Under the pieces are notes generated by a model. The model had not been told where the DNA came from. It searched no databases and worked only from the letters and a program-made list of their open reading frames with translations. From Candidatus Krumholzibacteriota bacterium (GTDB taxonomy: Bacteria; Krumholzibacteriota; Krumholzibacteriia; LZORAL124-64-63), in contig JBDLKA010000013.1 of assembly GCA_039714075.1 (NCBI GenBank), positions 1-52,876 on the forward strand: 52,876 nucleotides of DNA, given 5' to 3'. Positions 1 through 13,400 of the stretch are shown one piece after another; position 1 is the first letter of the stretch; every line of letters starts with the position of its first letter. The position numbers and the translations under genes were made by a program.

Positions 1-1039
1 AAATATTGCGATGGAGTTCGCCGTTGCGGTAAATGGCGACCTTGGTACGACCGGCGGCAATACCTAGATCAGCAGCCTTGGCCTCACCGGGACCATTGAC
101 GATGCAGCCCATGACCGAGATGACGCGGTTGGCCGGAAGATCACGGGCCAATTCTTCGACGCGGGTGGCCAGGGCGACGACGTCTACTTCTACGCGGCCG
201 CAGGTTGGACAGGCCACAACCCGCGCAAACCCCTCGCGCAGCCCCAGGGACTGAAGCATGTGGAAGGCGACGGTCACTTCGTGCACCGGATCGTCGGCCA
301 GGCTGATGCGCACCGTGTCGCCGATGCCCTCGCTCAAAAGAACCGACATGGCGGAAATGGAAATGGCCGTACCCGCCAGCAGGGTGCCCGCCTCGGTCAC
401 GCCCAGGTGCTGGGGCACGTCGCTGATCTCGGCGAAGCGGCGGCATGCCGCGACCACCTCGCCGGGGTCGCTGCTTTTCAGGCTGACGGCCACGTCGTGA
501 AAACCGACGGCGGACAGGGTTTCGATTTCGTCGACCGCGCTCTGGACCAGGGCGCCGGCGGGATCATCCTTCGCCATCTCTTCATAGCGGCGATGCAGGC
601 TGCCCTTGTTAACGCCGATGCGGATGGGCACGTTCTTGTCGGCGGCCGCGGCGGCCACTTCGCGGACGTATTCCTTGCGCCCGATGTTGCCCGGGTTGAT
701 GCGCAGCTTGGCGATCCCGGCGTCCAGAGCGGCCAAAGCCAGCTTGTGGTCGTAGTGGATGTCAGCGACCAAGGGAACGCCCACGTTGCCCATGATCCAG
801 GGCAGGGCGTCGGCGGCGGCCTGGTCGTTCACGGTCACGCGCACGAACTCGGCCCCGGCGGTGGCCAGTTCCTTGACCTGCTGGATGGTGGCCTCGGAGT
901 CCCCGGTTTTGGTGGTGGTCATGCTCTGCACGCGCACCGGTGCGTCGCCGCCCACGGTGACGCCGCCCACGGATATCTGACGCGTAACCCGGCGGGGAGC
1001 GCAGGTCGGCCTGTTACTGCTTTTCAGGTTGTCGCTCAT
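1..1039 (-). CDS. ispG: (E)-4-hydroxy-3-methylbut-2-enyl-diphosphate synthase IspG, 3' end outside window
   Basis: Manual translation from ATG at 1039: MSDNLKSSNRPTCAPRRVTRQISVGGVTVGGDAPVRVQSMTTTKT..., with CPTCGR and GCIVNGPGEA Fe-S motifs near 200 and 100. Missing from the ORF track because it runs off the window edge. Confidence 0.95.
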   Translation of the reverse strand, partial: MSDNLKSSNRPTCAPRRVTRQISVGGVTVGGDAPVRVQSMTTTKTGDSEATIQQVKELATAGAEFVRVTVNDQAAADALPWIMGNVGVPLVADIHYDHKLALAALDAGIAKLRINPGNIGRKEYVREVAAAAADKNVPIRIGVNKGSLHRRYEEMAKDDPAGALVQSAVDEIETLSAVGFHDVAVSLKSSDPGEVVAACRRFAEISDVPQHLGVTEAGTLLAGTAISISAMSVLLSEGIGDTVRISLADDPVHEVTVAFHMLQSLGLREGFARVVACPTCGRVEVDVVALATRVEELARDLPANRVISVMGCIVNGPGEAKAADLGIAAGRTKVAIYRNGELHRNI

Positions 1040-2953
1040 CTAATCATCCTCGAGGGAAGGGCCGGCGACGCGAATGTCTCCTTTGCGCACCGTCACTCCT
1101 GTCTGATCCAGGTACTCCAGCATGGGGATGCCCAGCTTGCGCGTCAGGCCGCTCACTTCCCGGAAAGTCGCGAATGCCATTTCCGCTTCACCCGCGAAAT
1201 ATTCCCGCAGTTTCTGCAGCAGTTCGCGCCAGGCGGCGGCGGCCACAATGTAGTCGTTGTTGATCGGCACGGCATGCCCGTGGTCGACCAGGTGGCGCAG
1301 GACCTCGACCGTCTTAAAATCCTTCAGGGCCGGGTCCGTGGCCGCAGTTTTGAACGCCGGTGAATCATCGGCCCAGTTGTCCAGCCCCGGCCAGTTCAGG
1401 CCGAAGGTTCCCAACTCAGCCACAGCCTTCGCCAAAGCCCCCGACATGCCCGCGCTCAGCTCCGGACCCTGCTCCGAGGGACCGATGCGATCCCCCACCA
1501 CGGCCCAGGGCGCATCGTCCTGCAGGGCGGTCACGATCTGGTTCCACTCGTTGGCGCCCGCCTTGAACTTGCATTTGCGGCGTGCCTCTTCCTTGGGGAT
1601 GCCGGTCCGCAGGGGAAATTTTCCCGCGTAATCGTCCACCAGGCCGGTAATCTTCCCGGTCAGATCCCCCACCAGTTCCTGATGATAGAGCCGCTTGCCG
1701 ATCTGGACGGCCTGCGGGTCGTCCTGCTGGCCCAGCGCCTCGCCCAGGGACAGGCCTGAGTAACCGGCCTCTTTGAGATTCTGCCGAAAGAGTTCCGCCG
1801 GATCGCCGGATTCCAGAACGTCGAGCATGGCCAGCGCCTTGTCCTCGAACCGCTTGTGTCGTCCCGGCTGGGGATCGAGCACCACCCCGCCCGCGATGCT
1901 GGTGACCGGGGAGTAGAAGCGCAGGACCAGGCGGTCGTCCCGCATGGCCACCAGTTCGTCCTCGAGATGCAGCTGGGCCAGCCCCGTGCGCGAACCGCCG
2001 TCGCCGCCCAGTTCCTTTTCGTCCAGCAGCACGATGCGGCCGAGCACTTCCCGCCCGGCGTGATGGATGTGCAGCCGTTGCCTATTCTTGATGATGCCCT
2101 GGTAGTGGGCCATCATGTTCACGCGGATGTCCAACCGGCGCGTGGTCCGCGCCGCCCCCGCCGCGGCGATCTGGAAGCCGCGCTCGATCTCGTCCTTCTT
2201 GATGCCGTGCAGGGCCAGGGCCAGACGCTGGCCCGAGGCCCCCCGGGGGGCCTTCTGTCCGTGCACCTGGACCTCACGGATACGCACCGGCTTGTGACCC
2301 GGCAGCACCTCCAGCCTGTCCCCGACTTTGACCGCTCCGCCCCAACAGGTCCCCGTCACCACGACGCCGGCGCCGGGCAGGGTGAAAATGCGGTCGACCG
2401 GGAGGCGGAAATCTCCTTCCTCCGCCCGGGCCGGCAAAGCCAGGGCTTCGGCCTTGAGGGCGGCCTTCAGTTCGTCCAGCCCCGTCCCCTGGTGGGCCGA
2501 CACCGGAACAATGGGCTTGCCTTCCAGGAACGTGCCTTCGACCAGTTCCATGGCCTCTTCACTGGCGATGGCGACAAAATCCTCGTCCGCCATGTCGGTC
2601 TTGGTGATCACCACCACGCCGCTTTTCACGCCCAGGGAGTCTAGGATTTCCAGATGTTCGATGGTCTGCGGCATGACGCTCTCGTCGGCCGCGATCACCA
2701 GAAAAGCCAGGTCCACTCCGCCCGCCCCGGAAACCATCTGCTTGACGAACTTCTCGTGGCCGGGCATGTCCACCACGCCCAGCAGCACGCCGTCGCCCAA
2801 ATCGAATTCCGCGAAACCCAGCTCGATGCTGATGCCCCGCTCCTGCTCTTCCTTCAGGCGGTCGGTGTGGGTGCCGGTCAGGGCGGTGATCAGCGCCGTC
2901 TTGCCGTGGTCGACGTGGCCGGCGGCGCCCAGGATGTAGTGGCGGTCGGTCAT
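1040..2953 (-). CDS. selB: Selenocysteine-specific translation elongation factor SelB
   Basis: GHVDHGKT, RGISIELGF, DMPGHEKF and TKTD GTPase motifs; 637 aa; C-terminal winged helix TRKLGIPMLEYLD...RKGDIR typical of the SECIS-binding domain. Confidence 0.95.
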   Translation of the reverse strand: MTDRHYILGAAGHVDHGKTALITALTGTHTDRLKEEQERGISIELGFAEFDLGDGVLLGVVDMPGHEKFVKQMVSGAGGVDLAFLVIAADESVMPQTIEHLEILDSLGVKSGVVVITKTDMADEDFVAIASEEAMELVEGTFLEGKPIVPVSAHQGTGLDELKAALKAEALALPARAEEGDFRLPVDRIFTLPGAGVVVTGTCWGGAVKVGDRLEVLPGHKPVRIREVQVHGQKAPRGASGQRLALALHGIKKDEIERGFQIAAAGAARTTRRLDIRVNMMAHYQGIIKNRQRLHIHHAGREVLGRIVLLDEKELGGDGGSRTGLAQLHLEDELVAMRDDRLVLRFYSPVTSIAGGVVLDPQPGRHKRFEDKALAMLDVLESGDPAELFRQNLKEAGYSGLSLGEALGQQDDPQAVQIGKRLYHQELVGDLTGKITGLVDDYAGKFPLRTGIPKEEARRKCKFKAGANEWNQIVTALQDDAPWAVVGDRIGPSEQGPELSAGMSGALAKAVAELGTFGLNWPGLDNWADDSPAFKTAATDPALKDFKTVEVLRHLVDHGHAVPINNDYIVAAAAWRELLQKLREYFAGEAEMAFATFREVSGLTRKLGIPMLEYLDQTGVTVRKGDIRVAGPSLEDD

Positions 2954-3133
2954 GGGATCCTGTCATCGGGGTTGGGGTGATCCGGGTATCAGGTCAGGAA
3001 GATAACACAGGGGAGCGGGAGCGGAAAGACGGTCCCGGCACGGGAATTGATGACTCCGACGGAATATTTGGTTAGTGTTCCTTGGCCCGGGCAAACCGGC
3101 CGGCGCATAATTGGATCTTCTCCGGAGCAGTTC

Positions 3134-4981
<1,848 letters not shown>

Positions 4982-4983
4982 GG

Positions 4984-5616
4984 TCAGCCGGGGACGCCGT
5001 CGAAGAATTCGACCATTCCGGTTTCCAGGCAGTACTCGGCGCCCACCACGAGCAGTTCATTTCCCCGGGTCAACTGTTCGAGCATTTCCGATCCGTGCCG
5101 CAGCCCGTCCGCCGCCACCCGGACGTTGGCCCGGACCGCTTCCTTGATCAGGGCGTCAGGATCGCCATTCGGTCCGGTAGCCAGCAAAGGCTCGACCGCC
5201 GGCCGGATGCGCGAGACGATGGAGTGCAGCAGCAGCGATTGTTTCTTCTGCGGCTTCCTGATTTCCCCGATGGTTGCTTCCACCGCACCGCAGAAGGTGT
5301 GGCCCAGGACCACCACCAGCCGCGTTCCCATTTTTTCCACGGCGAACTCGACGCTGGCGATCTGGGAATTCGCGACGATATTCCCGGCAACGCGGATGAC
5401 AAACAAATCACCCAGCCCCTGGTCGAAAACCATTTCCACCGGCGCCCGCGAGTCGGAGCAACCCAGAATTACCGCAAAGGGATTCTGGCCGTCCAAAAGT
5501 TTGCTGCGGATCGCTCCCGTCGCGCCGGCATGGTTGCTGTGAACCCCTGCGACATAACGCAGGTTTCCCTCTTTCAGGCGCTCCAGACCTTCAGCTGCCG
5601 AGATCATTGGTTTCAT
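4984..5616 (-). CDS. Beta-class carbonic anhydrase
   Basis: GCSDSR, RVAGN and HTFCGAV Zn-binding motifs; ATGA overlap with the murA stop. Confidence 0.93.
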   Translation of the reverse strand: MKPMISAAEGLERLKEGNLRYVAGVHSNHAGATGAIRSKLLDGQNPFAVILGCSDSRAPVEMVFDQGLGDLFVIRVAGNIVANSQIASVEFAVEKMGTRLVVVLGHTFCGAVEATIGEIRKPQKKQSLLLHSIVSRIRPAVEPLLATGPNGDPDALIKEAVRANVRVAADGLRHGSEMLEQLTRGNELLVVGAEYCLETGMVEFFDGVPG

Positions 5617-6869
5617 TCCTTTTCCCGTCGGATATTCGCCCCCAGGGCCGCCAGGCGCACCTCGATCCGCTCGTAACCACGGTCGATGTGGTAGACCCGG
5701 TTCACGGTGGTCGTGCCCTGGGCCGCGCAGCCGGCGATCACCAGGGCCGCCGAGGCCCGCAGGTCCGTCGCCATCACGGGCGCCCCCTGCAACCGGTCCA
5801 CGCCGAAAACAGCGGCCCGCGCCCCGGCCAGGCGAATATCCGCGCCCAGACGCTGCAACTCGGCCACGTGGGTGAAACGATCGGTGTAGATGGTCTCGGT
5901 GATGAAGCTGGTGCCCTCGGCCAGGCAGCAGGCCGCCATGACCTGGGCCTGCATGTCGGTCGGGAAACCCGGATAGGGACGGGTGACCACTTCCACGGGG
6001 CGCGGCCGGGCGCTCGCTTCAATGGTCAGCAGATCACCGTCGGGGATGATTTCGCAACCCATGTCCTGCAGCACCGAAGTCACCGGGCTCAGATGTTCGG
6101 GATCGATCCCCGCCAGCGTGACCCGGCCCGTGGCCAGGGCCACCCCCGCCATGAAGGTGCCGGCTTCGATGCGGTCGGCCATCACCCGGTGGGCCAAGGG
6201 AGCAATCTCCGCGACCCCGGTCACGGTCAGGGTGCCGGTGCCCACGCCTTCAATCCGGGCGCCGGCGGCAACCAGCGCTTCCACCAGCTGGGTCACCTCG
6301 GGTTCGACGGCGCAGTTCTCCAGGACCGACTCGCCCTCGGCGAGAACCGCGGCCATCAGCACGTTGCAGGTGCCGCCCACGGACGAGGGTTCGAAACGGA
6401 AGCGCCCCCCCTTCAGTTTTCCCGGGCAGCGGCCGCTGATATAACCTTCATCAAGCGTGAACTCGGCGCCCAGAGCCGTCATGCCTTCGATGTGCAGATT
6501 CACCGGTCGCGGTCCCCAGGCGCAGCCCCCGGGCATGGAGACCCGCGCCTCGCCCAGGGAACCCAGCAACGGGCCCAGCACGTAGATGCTCGCCCGCATC
6601 TTGCGCACCAGATCGTACGGGGCTTCCGGACTGTCCACGTCCGTGGTGTCGATGGTCAGCCGATGATCCTCGAAACGGCACCGCGCCCCCAGGCCTTCCA
6701 GGATGGTGGCGAAAAAACGCACGTCCTGCAGGTCGGGCACGTTGTCGATCACCGATTCGCCCCGGGCCAGCAGGGCCGCGGCCATCAGGGGCAGCACGGC
6801 GTTCTTGGCGCCGCCGATCTTCAGTTCGCCCTCCAGGGGCGTGGGGCCTTCGATAAAGAATTTATCCAC
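5613..6869 (-). CDS. murA: UDP-N-acetylglucosamine 1-carboxyvinyltransferase
   Basis: GAKNAVLP, MRAS, PGGCAWGPRP (active-site Cys), PYPGFPTDMQAQ, ATDLRASA, HIDRGYE; GTG start. Confidence 0.97.
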   Translation of the reverse strand: MDKFFIEGPTPLEGELKIGGAKNAVLPLMAAALLARGESVIDNVPDLQDVRFFATILEGLGARCRFEDHRLTIDTTDVDSPEAPYDLVRKMRASIYVLGPLLGSLGEARVSMPGGCAWGPRPVNLHIEGMTALGAEFTLDEGYISGRCPGKLKGGRFRFEPSSVGGTCNVLMAAVLAEGESVLENCAVEPEVTQLVEALVAAGARIEGVGTGTLTVTGVAEIAPLAHRVMADRIEAGTFMAGVALATGRVTLAGIDPEHLSPVTSVLQDMGCEIIPDGDLLTIEASARPRPVEVVTRPYPGFPTDMQAQVMAACCLAEGTSFITETIYTDRFTHVAELQRLGADIRLAGARAAVFGVDRLQGAPVMATDLRASAALVIAGCAAQGTTTVNRVYHIDRGYERIEVRLAALGANIRREKE

Positions 6870-7770
6870 GGTCTTCCTCCGCTGCTGCGAATCTTGCGGT
6901 CACGACCCGGTCCCGGTCGGCGTAATCCCTGATCACCCTGATGTCCTCCAGGCCGGAAGCGGTAAGGATATCTTCCACATCCTGACCCTGATCGTCACCG
7001 ATTTCCACTGCTACATGGCCACCCGGCCGCAGCCAGCCGCCCACCGCCGAGGCCAGCGCCCGGTAGAACACCAGACCGTCTTCACCACCGTCCAGCGCTT
7101 CGGCGGGGTCATGCTCCGAAACTTCCGTGGCCAGACCGGGGATATCCGCCGCCCTGACATAGGGCGGATTGCTGACAACCAGGTCCACCTGCCCCTTCAA
7201 GTGGGCCGGCAAAGGATCGAACCGGTTGCCCGGCAAAACCTGGACCCGGGCCTCGGCGCCCAGGGTGTGGGCGTTGTGTTTGGCCAGTTGGATCGCCGCG
7301 GGATTGATGTCCGTGGCATACACCGACAGGCGGGGAACCTCCAGGGCCAGGGAAATCCCGATAATGCCGGTGCCACACCCGATTTCCACCGCCACCGGGG
7401 CCAGCAGCCGCCGGTCCGGAGGAGCCAGCAGGGCCACCGCCTCTTCCACCAGCCGTTCGGTCTCGGGCCGGGGAATGAACACGCCTTGCACCACCTTGAA
7501 CACGCGAGAATAGAACTCGGTCTCCCCCAGGATCTGCTGCAGGGGTTCACCCTGCGCGCGCCGGCGGACCAGATTCCGGAATTGATCGAGTTCGGCGCCC
7601 AGGACCGGGCGGTCATGCTGGAAGAAGAGTTCGATGCGCGACAGCCCCAGCACGTCGGCCAGCAGCCGTTCGGTGTTCAGCTTGGCCGAGGCCACACCTT
7701 TGCCTTCCAGGTACTCGCTGGTGACCCGGATCAGTTCCCGAATGGTCTTGTGGGGGCCGGTTTTTTTCAT
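6862..7770 (-). CDS. prmC: Release factor glutamine methyltransferase
   Basis: GEPLQQILG, IPRPETE, EIGCGTG, SNPPY; directly downstream of prfA. Confidence 0.96.
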   Translation of the reverse strand: MKKTGPHKTIRELIRVTSEYLEGKGVASAKLNTERLLADVLGLSRIELFFQHDRPVLGAELDQFRNLVRRRAQGEPLQQILGETEFYSRVFKVVQGVFIPRPETERLVEEAVALLAPPDRRLLAPVAVEIGCGTGIIGISLALEVPRLSVYATDINPAAIQLAKHNAHTLGAEARVQVLPGNRFDPLPAHLKGQVDLVVSNPPYVRAADIPGLATEVSEHDPAEALDGGEDGLVFYRALASAVGGWLRPGGHVAVEIGDDQGQDVEDILTASGLEDIRVIRDYADRDRVVTARFAAAEEDRG

Positions 7771-7792
7771 GGACGTTCCGGGATCGGGGTCG

Positions 7793-8862
<1,070 letters not shown>

Positions 8863-8866
<4 letters not shown>

Positions 8867-9960
8867 GCCGTGGCTCCTTCTTTTTCCGCCGTGAAGTCGT
8901 CGGGCAGATCGTAATACGTCCGTTCCTTGAAGTCATCCCCTTCCGGGGTCAGGACCGCCTTCAGGGCCGCCATGCTCACCGTCAGCTGGTCGTCGTCCGG
9001 TTCGCTGGTGGTGATCTTCTGCATCATCAGGCCGGGAAAGATGAACGGTTTGATCAACCACGATTTGGCGAATTTGCCCGACAGCTTGATGGCCTCGTAG
9101 GCCAGCCCCCCGATCAGCGGCACGAAGGCCAGCCTTTCCAGGCGGTCGGCGATGGATTCGGGCCGGCCCAGGAAGGAGAACACCACGATGGAGATCAGCA
9201 TGACGAAAAACAGGAAGCTGGTGCCGCACCGCGGATGAAGGGTGGTGAAGGAGCGCGCGCCGTTCGCGTCGAGGGTGCGGCCGTTCTCGAAGGCGTGGAT
9301 ACTCTTGTGTTCGGCGCCGTGGTACTCGAACACCCGCGCCATGTCCGGCAGCTTGCTCACGAAGAACAGGTAGAGGACGAACATGAGCACCCGGAAGAAC
9401 CCGTCCACGATGTTCCACACGACGCTGCCCTCGCCCTCGGCGACCACCAGGTCGGTCAGCAGGATGGGAATGTAGAAGAACAGCCCCATGCTCAGGGCGA
9501 AGGACAGGACCACCGTGCCCCACATCAGCACCGAGTCCCAGAACGAGGATTTTTTCTGGTCCACCCTGTCCTCGCTGGTCGCCTGGTCGGCCGAGAACAT
9601 CAAGGCGTCGATGCCCAGGGCCATGCTCTCGATCAGGTGGATGCCGCCGCGCAGCACCGGGATGTTCAAAAACGGCAGCTTCCGCATGACGCTTTTGAAG
9701 ATCTTCTTGCGGATCACGATCCTTTTGTCGGGCGTGCGCACGGCCATGGCCATGTAGGACGGGCTGCGCATCATCACGCCCTCGATGAGGGCCTGTCCGC
9801 CGACGGCCAGGTCCATCTGCCGGGCCTCGGCCGCATCCACTTTGTCCGGGGCTCCGGCCTGCTCAGGGTTTTCCCCGCCGATCAGGTTTTCCGCTGCAGA
9901 TTCGCTCATGTCGTCACTTTCGATGTTGCCCCCCGGTGCCGGAGGTTTGCCGCCCGTCAT
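8863..9960 (-). CDS. DUF1385 family membrane protein (YqhQ-like)
   Basis: [39 protein letters not shown]; usual position between rpmE and prfA. True start may be ATG 9909. Confidence 0.9.
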
Positions 9961-9983
9961 GATCGGGCTACAGGATAACTGAA

Positions 9984-10016
9984 AAAGAGCGCCGGGACAT
10001 CAGCCCGGCGCTCTTT
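9984..10016 (-). terminator. Intrinsic terminator after rpmE (likely bidirectional)
   Basis: Perfect hairpin AAAGAGCGCCGGG-acatcag-CCCGGCGCTCTTT ending in a T-tract on the minus strand. Confidence 0.8.
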
Positions 10017-10113
10017 CTGGATTTTTTCTGGATATTCTGGATGTATTCGGATCTCCATCTTCCAGCCCGGCGGACCGGGTCCTTCCAAAACCGGACAATT
10101 TATCCGGACAGCC

Positions 10114-10329
10114 CTACTTCTTGTTGTAATCCGCCTTTTCGTACCGCTTGCGGAAACGCTCGACGCGTCCGGCGGTATCGACGATCTTCTGCTGCCCCGT
10201 AAAGAAGGGATGGCAGTTGGAGCAGATCTCGACGTTGAGCTTGTCCTTGGTCGAACGCGTATTGATCACGTTGCCGCACAGGCAGGTGATCGTACAGTCG
10301 ACGTATTTCGGATGGATGTTGTTCTTCAT
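10114..10329 (-). CDS. rpmE: 50S ribosomal protein L31, Zn-binding type
   Basis: [42 protein letters not shown] 10329 behind GGAGAGG. Confidence 0.97.
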   Translation of the reverse strand: MKNNIHPKYVDCTITCLCGNVINTRSTKDKLNVEICSNCHPFFTGQQKIVDTAGRVERFRKRYEKADYNKK

Positions 10330-10491
10330 TGTTCTAGCTGCCTCTCCGGACATACCAGCCCGGACATCTTGCCATTGATCCTGGCTTGACTGGACTCTGA
10401 CTGAATGGCGTCAGGTTGAGGCCAAAAAGAAATAAGGAAAGGCGGTTTTAGCAAGAAAATTTTACGTTTCCCGTCCTGTTCCGCCCCCCCG

Positions 10492-11739
10492 TCAGGCGTT
10501 CATTGCGGCCAGGAACTGCTCGTTATCCTTGGTTTTACCCAATTTGTCGATGAGGAATTCCATGGCTTCGATGGGGTTGTAATCGCTCAGGTACTTGCGC
10601 AAAACCCATATCTTGGCCAGGTCCTTGCCCTCGATGAGCAGATCCTCCTTGCGCGTCCCCGATTTGAAGATGTCGATGGCGGGATAGACCCTGCGTTCGG
10701 CGATCTTGCGGTCCAGAACCAGCTCCATGTTGCCGGTGCCCTTGAACTCCTCGAAGATCACTTCGTCCATGCGGCTGCCGGTCTCGATCAGGGCCGTGGC
10801 GATGATGGTCAGCGAGCCGCCGTCCTCGATGTTCCGCGCCGCGCCGAAGAAACGCTTGGGCTTCTGCAGGGCGTTCGAGTCGACACCACCGGACAGGATC
10901 TTGCCCGAGTGCGGCACCACCGCGTTGTGGGCGCGCGCCAACCGCGTGATGGAATCCAGCAGGATCACCACGTCCATGCCGTTCTCGACCAGGCGCCGGG
11001 ATTTGGCCAGCACCATGTTCGCCACCTGCACGTGGCGTTCGGCGGGCTCGTCGAAGGTCGAGCTGACGACCTCGCCGTCCACCGACCGCGCCATGTCCGT
11101 CACTTCCTCCGGCCGCTCGTCGATCAGCAGGACGATCAGATGAACTTCGGGATGATTCGTGGTGATGGCGTTGGCGATCTTCTGCAGGATCATCGTCTTG
11201 CCCGCACGAGGCGGCGACACGATCAGGCCGCGCTGGCCCTTGCCGATGGGACTGAGCAGGTTGATCAGCCGGGTGGTCATGTTCTTGGCGCTGTGCTCGA
11301 GGTTGAGCATCTGCTCCGGATAAAGGGGAGTCAGGTTGTCGAAGAGGGTGACCTTCTTGGCGGTCTCGGGGTCGTTGTAGTTGACCGACTCCACCTTCAA
11401 CAGGGCGAAATAGCGTTCGTTGTCCTTGGGCGGACGCACCTGTCCGGAAATGGTGTCACCCGTCTTCAGGTCGAACTTCTTGATCTGGGAAGGGGACAGG
11501 TAGATGTCGTCGGGACCGGGCAGGTAGTTGAACTTCGCCGAGCGCAGGAAGCCGTATCCCTCGGCCAGGACCTGCAGCACGCCTTCGGCGTAGATCAGAC
11601 CGTTCTTTTCGGTCTGCCCCTCGAGAATCTTGAAGATGAGTTCGGATTTACGAAGGGTGCTGAGCGCCTCGATATTCATTCCGCGAGCGACTTCCACCAA
11701 CTCGTGGATGTTCATCTCCTGAAGTTCCTTGATGTCCAT
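10492..11739 (-). CDS. rho: Transcription termination factor Rho
   Basis: [56 protein letters not shown]; 415 aa with no N-terminal insertion. Confidence 0.98.
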   Translation of the reverse strand: MDIKELQEMNIHELVEVARGMNIEALSTLRKSELIFKILEGQTEKNGLIYAEGVLQVLAEGYGFLRSAKFNYLPGPDDIYLSPSQIKKFDLKTGDTISGQVRPPKDNERYFALLKVESVNYNDPETAKKVTLFDNLTPLYPEQMLNLEHSAKNMTTRLINLLSPIGKGQRGLIVSPPRAGKTMILQKIANAITTNHPEVHLIVLLIDERPEEVTDMARSVDGEVVSSTFDEPAERHVQVANMVLAKSRRLVENGMDVVILLDSITRLARAHNAVVPHSGKILSGGVDSNALQKPKRFFGAARNIEDGGSLTIIATALIETGSRMDEVIFEEFKGTGNMELVLDRKIAERRVYPAIDIFKSGTRKEDLLIEGKDLAKIWVLRKYLSDYNPIEAMEFLIDKLGKTKDNEQFLAAMNA

Positions 11740-11929
11740 TTTGCTCCTCGAACCTGACAGTTGAACAGAGTGATTGTGGCCGAAGCCGGACGTGCCGTGG
11801 CAGCCCTAACGGATGGGATGAGTTCCCTTAAAAAAGTGTGGTTTTTCCCCTGGGTATTCCCTAGCCAAGTTTTGCTACTAGCTTGATTGATAAGCGGTGT
11901 GGGCTCCCATGCCCTGGATAGGTGCCACC

Positions 11930-11940
11930 ATCATAGCACA
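11930..11940 (-). promoter_or_regulatory. Probable extended -10 promoter for rho
   Basis: TGTGCTATGAT (TGn-TATGAT) about 190 nt upstream of the rho ATG; no good -35. Confidence 0.45.
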
Positions 11941-11996
11941 TATCATGCAAGAAGGCCATTCACCACTTGATTTTTTCAAAAAGCGGGGCCCGCCGT

Positions 11997-13214
11997 CTAC
12001 TGCGGGCCTGCCTGAAGTTCCTCGAAAGCCTTGTTGTTGACCTCGGCTGCGGCAAAGTCGCCAATTTCGATCTGGGCCAGACTCAAGAAGAGGAATCCGT
12101 CCGCGGTACCCGGGAAATTATTGGTCATGGCCAACCCGATTTCAACCGCCCGGTTGAACAATTCGGTGGATCTGGTCTCCAGTTCGGCCTTGGCCACGGG
12201 GTCGGTTTCCTCCTGGCCCTTCGTCTTGACTTCCTTGCCGTAATAATAGTACGTCCGCAAACGCATCAGCATGGTGTTGGGCGTCGGGATCGATTCCAGA
12301 TCGGCGGCCCGGTCCAGCACCACGATGGCTTCGTCGAAACGCCCGATGTTCGGCGACGAATACCAGGTCCCCGCGGCCACCAGCATGGCCTTGTTGTCGG
12401 CGTCGTTGGTGGCGTCGGTGTCGGCCTCGTTCAGGTCCACGACCTGGACGTAGAAATCGGCGGCGCGGGCATAGTCCCCGTCGTCGATGGCCAGGTTGGC
12501 GATATCGAGGAGCAGTTCCGTATCCTCGCCGTGCTCGGCCAGCAGCGTATCGAATATCTGCTTGGCCTCTTCGTTCCGGCCCAGGGCGGCCAACACGTTG
12601 GCCTTGTTCACCTGCAGTTCGTAGGCCTCGGGGTTCTCGGCCAGTACCTGGTCGATCAGGACCAGCGCCTCGTTCAGGAGTTCGTCGCGGTTTTCCATGT
12701 AACGGTCATCCTGGGACATCTGCATCTTCATGCGGGCGATGTTCTTGATGGGCGCCATGGAATCGGGCAGGGCGGCGTAGGCCAGTCTCATGTGACCTTC
12801 GGCCTGTTCGAAATAGTCCTCGTCCCAGTCCAGGGAGGCCTGCCGCACCCGGTTGTTGTAGTTGTAGGTCAGGGACTGGTCGACCTTCTCGGTGAACTCT
12901 TCGGGATCCAGTTCCTCGCACCGCCGGTAGGCTTCGTAGGCGAGTTCATAATTCTTGAAGGCTTCGTCGTATTCGTCGTTCTCCACCGCCTCTTCGGCCA
13001 GGTGGCTGTACGCCTCTCCCAGATAGTAGAAGGCGTCGGGCTCATCGTCGCGATACTGGAATCCCTCGTGGATCACCTGCACGGCCTTGTCGTAGTTTTG
13101 CTCATCGATATAGAGGATGGCGCTGGTGGTATGGGCCGACCGGCATCCGGCCAATCCCGACATTCCAACCAGAACAAGCAGACCGGCAAACAGGATGATT
13201 CGCACTTTAATCAT
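11997..13214 (-). CDS. Tetratricopeptide-repeat lipoprotein
   Basis: Start ATG 13214 behind GAGGGG; signal MIKVRIILFAGLLVLVGMSGLAGC (lipobox); TPR-like helices (AFYYLGEAY, KANVLAALGRNEEA). Confidence 0.8.
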   Translation of the reverse strand: MIKVRIILFAGLLVLVGMSGLAGCRSAHTTSAILYIDEQNYDKAVQVIHEGFQYRDDEPDAFYYLGEAYSHLAEEAVENDEYDEAFKNYELAYEAYRRCEELDPEEFTEKVDQSLTYNYNNRVRQASLDWDEDYFEQAEGHMRLAYAALPDSMAPIKNIARMKMQMSQDDRYMENRDELLNEALVLIDQVLAENPEAYELQVNKANVLAALGRNEEAKQIFDTLLAEHGEDTELLLDIANLAIDDGDYARAADFYVQVVDLNEADTDATNDADNKAMLVAAGTWYSSPNIGRFDEAIVVLDRAADLESIPTPNTMLMRLRTYYYYGKEVKTKGQEETDPVAKAELETRSTELFNRAVEIGLAMTNNFPGTADGFLFLSLAQIEIGDFAAAEVNNKAFEELQAGPQ

Positions 13215-13400
13215 GATGAGTCCCCCCTCGGGACAATTCTGGGACATACGGAATTCAAGGACATTCGCGCCGCTGCCTCGGCGAGCAACAGCAACCGATG
13301 ATACCCTGATGGGGGTGGGGAACAGTTGGGTCGCCGCAGGGTCGAACCCCTTCAGCGCCTTTAATAAGTAAGAAATCGGGACCTTGGCTGTCAACCAGGA

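Noticed and set aside
10016..10052. TCTGGAT repeated three times beside the rpmE terminator
   Set aside because: Too short and irregular to support a function.
13290..13360. GGTTCGACCC on the minus strand, possible tRNA or selC
   Set aside because: No D-arm, anticodon arm or acceptor pairing could be built; it is the leader of the TPR lipoprotein gene behind a TTGACA element.
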